From: Ginglymostoma cirratum
Taxonomy: Eukaryota
DNA: 64,000 nt
Direction of reading: 5' to 3'
Assembly (NCBI GenBank): GCA_024137785.1
Contig: JAHRHZ010000023.1
Span: forward strand, 42,799,939-42,863,938
Part shown: one piece after another, positions 60,993 to 64,000 of the stretch
Layout: each line of letters begins with the position of its first letter
Position numbering within the stretch: the stretch's first letter is position 1
Position numbers and translations under genes: made by a program
The notes under the pieces: model-generated
What the model was told of the DNA's origin: nothing
Databases searched by the model: none
The model's input: only the letters and a program-made list of their open reading frames with translations

Positions 60993-63900
60993 AACATCCG
61001 CCTCCTGAAGTCCATGAAAAATGGACTTTAAATCTAGTTTTAAATTAGGCCTGATTGTTATTAATTTGAAGAGTGGCCCTGCACAAAATGAGCGCTTAGA
61101 AACCATCTATATTTTGCGGGGCTTTATCTATCTCCAAATGTTTTCCTATGTGAAGGCACAGAGTCCGTGCAGGTTCTAAGTTGTAGGAAATGTACGTTTG
61201 AGTCGTCTGAAAACTTGAGCACCCATTCCCGGTTTATTGCCATGTGGTAATTTATGCTTATCATTTTTAGTGTCTTGTTCTTTCTGTTCCGCTGTACTTC
61301 CAGCCTTTTCCGATCCACTCCTAAGAATGTCCAAATGGGGACATAGTGTTTCACCAGACACTTAGTGCTAAACTCGGCTGACCCGTTATTTTCCCACTCA
61401 GCGTTTTGCAACAAAAAGGAAAACGCTGGCTAGCATTGTCGTTTGGGATACCACCAGTTCATTTTTCAGAGCTCCAAACAAAACAAAAATATGGCTTTCA
61501 CTTGTATAAATTTAAAGAATGTAGAGCCGGGAAATTGCGAGTATTGCCGGGTAGAACCTGAACACTGTGACAATGACCAACTAGAATTAAACACACAAAT
61601 GCTTGTCGCTCCGCGATTTCTGTTCAAACAGAGAACTTGTGGTTGGGATCATGGAGCGTCCCGCTATCTCAGACCCAGAATGACCGAGCTCACTTTATAG
61701 GGACTGAAAAAATATACATGGATTTCATTGAGATGATGAACAGGAATGTTTATAATCAGATTTTATTGTCATTTTATTGGATGTTCGAATCTGTATGTGA
61801 ATACAGAGGGAAATACAGGCACTGGTAGAAAGACGATATTGTGATGACTAGATTTAAAATCTTCGAGCATTAATGTTTGACACCCAGATATCAAGTTTAT
61901 GTAGCGATAATAGTGGAACTGAAAAGGAGGCTCCTCACAAATTGTCAAACTGTAGCAACTTAAAATATGGTTTATGTAGGGACTGAACATATATACCTTG
62001 TAATGTACATTAGTGTAATAATGTAGAGAGATCCACTGGGATGACGAATATTCCCGGTAAAAGATACAAGTATGATGACAAAACGATCTAAACTTGGAGT
62101 TAAGTAATGAATGTACCGTGTGTGTGTGACAGTATGAGTTTCAGAGAGCGTGAATGAAGCAGAACGGTAGAAACAGTCTTAACATAGCTAGGGGATTTCA
62201 TCTCCCTGGTGGTTCCTCAGCGTGTGGGGAGGAAGTTCAAGGTAAACCCGGGCCTTTGTTATCACAGACAGTCCTTCAGCTCACACCGTCGACCCAGGAG
62301 CTGATGCTGAACTCTTGTGTCCTGTCCAGACTCCGGCGTACAGATCCCGCGCCCTTAATGAATGCAGCCTTGTATAATTAAATAATTGACTGTTCCCCGG
62401 AGGAGCTATTCGGCGCATCTGTTCACTGGCTCCACAGGGGATCCTAGACAATATAGGACAGGCGGAAGCTGGAGGAGGAATCCCGGCACAGAGCTGGTTG
62501 TTTCATCACAGACTCTTTGGGAAAACGCCACCTGATTTTCAAATAAACGAGAACAAAAATCTGGAAATACTGAACAAAATACATTTTAACATTTAAAACG
62601 ATGTAGTATTTCAAAACCATTAATTCATTTGTTTTGCAGATGTCTTTAGTATGATCACAGATCTTTCTACTTACAAGCCCAACACTATCCATTAAAATTA
62701 TTTACACATTGTAACACTTCTGCTTTAACTAAGGAGCCTAAGTGTCATTTGTACGAGACAGCCCAGGGACCAGTTGGCCGATTCTGAATGAAAACCAGTT
62801 TGGTGGGCAGGAGGACAGGACTGAATGTTTTGTCTGCAAATATAAAAGAACAGCAAATATGGACCCAAACTTTTGGTGCGAATTGTGTGTTGATAGTTTG
62901 CTTTGGACTGTGGCGAGGGATGGAAGGTTTCAGATTCTTTTTGTTTCGTGAATCCCTCGCAAAATCACAAATGAGGGAATTTGCAATAAATATCTTGATA
63001 TAGACAGCAGCAACCAGGAAGAGAGAGCAGCACGCATCAAGAGTGACTGTGGCGCTAGATTAATCTGTATATTTCTGTATTGTCTCGCGTGGTTTTTTTT
63101 AATAAAAGGTGAATCAATATTTATTTGTTACTGTATTTGTGTTTTTTTGTTTCTATTTTTGCAATAAACCTCTTTAAACCGGAACCTGCGTGCGTCCAGT
63201 CTGTTACAGAATAGTCAGTGCTTCTCCGGCGATGTGAACTCACAACAATGGCAGCTGTCTAAACATCTGTAAACTCTCAGTGCCCTGTGTGCGTGCACCG
63301 TCTCTGTGCCACATTGCAAAAACCAAATCAAGCAAAATCTTCTGTAAAATAAGCAGAATAAAAGGTTATATTTTGGGGAAACAAAAAAAAACTGCCCTGA
63401 ATGTTAAGACGCCTCCAGTCGTTAATCGATTTTATTCGTTGCAACTGGGGTTACTCTGCACGACCAAAATGGTCCCGGGAAACACGGAGAGATTTTAAGC
63501 ACCAGATGAATGAACGTAGTGCAGGGACTGTCGGCTCCAAAACAGTTTTCAGCCATGTCATGTGTCTGGCTGCGATGTTCAAACGTAGGTTAGTAACCAA
63601 AACCTGAGTGTTTTATATTTTGTATCATTGCTACTGATTGGAGTGTCAGTTCTAAGCAGCTAACTACGCAACGACAGTGAGTACACCTCCCAAGTACTTT
63701 ATTAACTGTAAAGAGCTTTGACACATTGGGTACAAAGCGAATTGAGTCTTTTTTTAAATGTAATAGGAATTAAAGATATCTGAAGCATAATGAGCGAATT
63801 CGTCTTCTATTGGGGAGTTTAGTCTGAAATGTTCCACTTTCTTACTTTCCCATTCAGTTTGGAAGCAACGAAGACAAATTGCAACAAAATGACAGAAATT

Positions 63901-64000
63901 GTAGTCACTCTCATAATCACCTAACGCCGGACCCTTGTTTGGCATCAATCCCCGCTTCAAAACGGCTGTTCTAACACAGTCACTTTAAAAGGGAGTTGTT

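Overview
Eukaryotic genomic DNA. The repeat families (HE1/V-SINE, DeuSINE, CR1, L2, Penelope-like) point to a cartilaginous fish, probably a shark; this is an inference. The window holds the 5' part of one large minus-strand gene, TNRC18 (BAH-domain chromatin reader, paralog of BAHCC1). Four coding exons can be read with canonical, phase-consistent splice sites: 41720-41921 (start MDGRDFG), 20371-20496, 14872-16668 and 3202-3292. The gene continues off the left edge. The exon expected between the first two (human exon 3 equivalent) was not found and may lie in the N-gap at 28092-28101. The left ~30 kb is repeat-dense intron. The right ~30 kb is CpG-retaining and nearly transposon-free. It contains a CCAAT-rich promoter near 43.9 kb and a second promoter-like island near 56-58 kb. 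The most interesting unexplained structures are three. (1) A 21-codon, triple-ATG uORF starts at the very first base of the start-codon exon and would be extended in frame by a candidate distal first exon. (2) Candidate spliced exons suggest a divergent plus-strand lncRNA. (3) Penelope-derived short fold-back elements carry minimal hammerhead ribozyme cores. Repeat boundaries are approximate and were read by eye. No database search was run.
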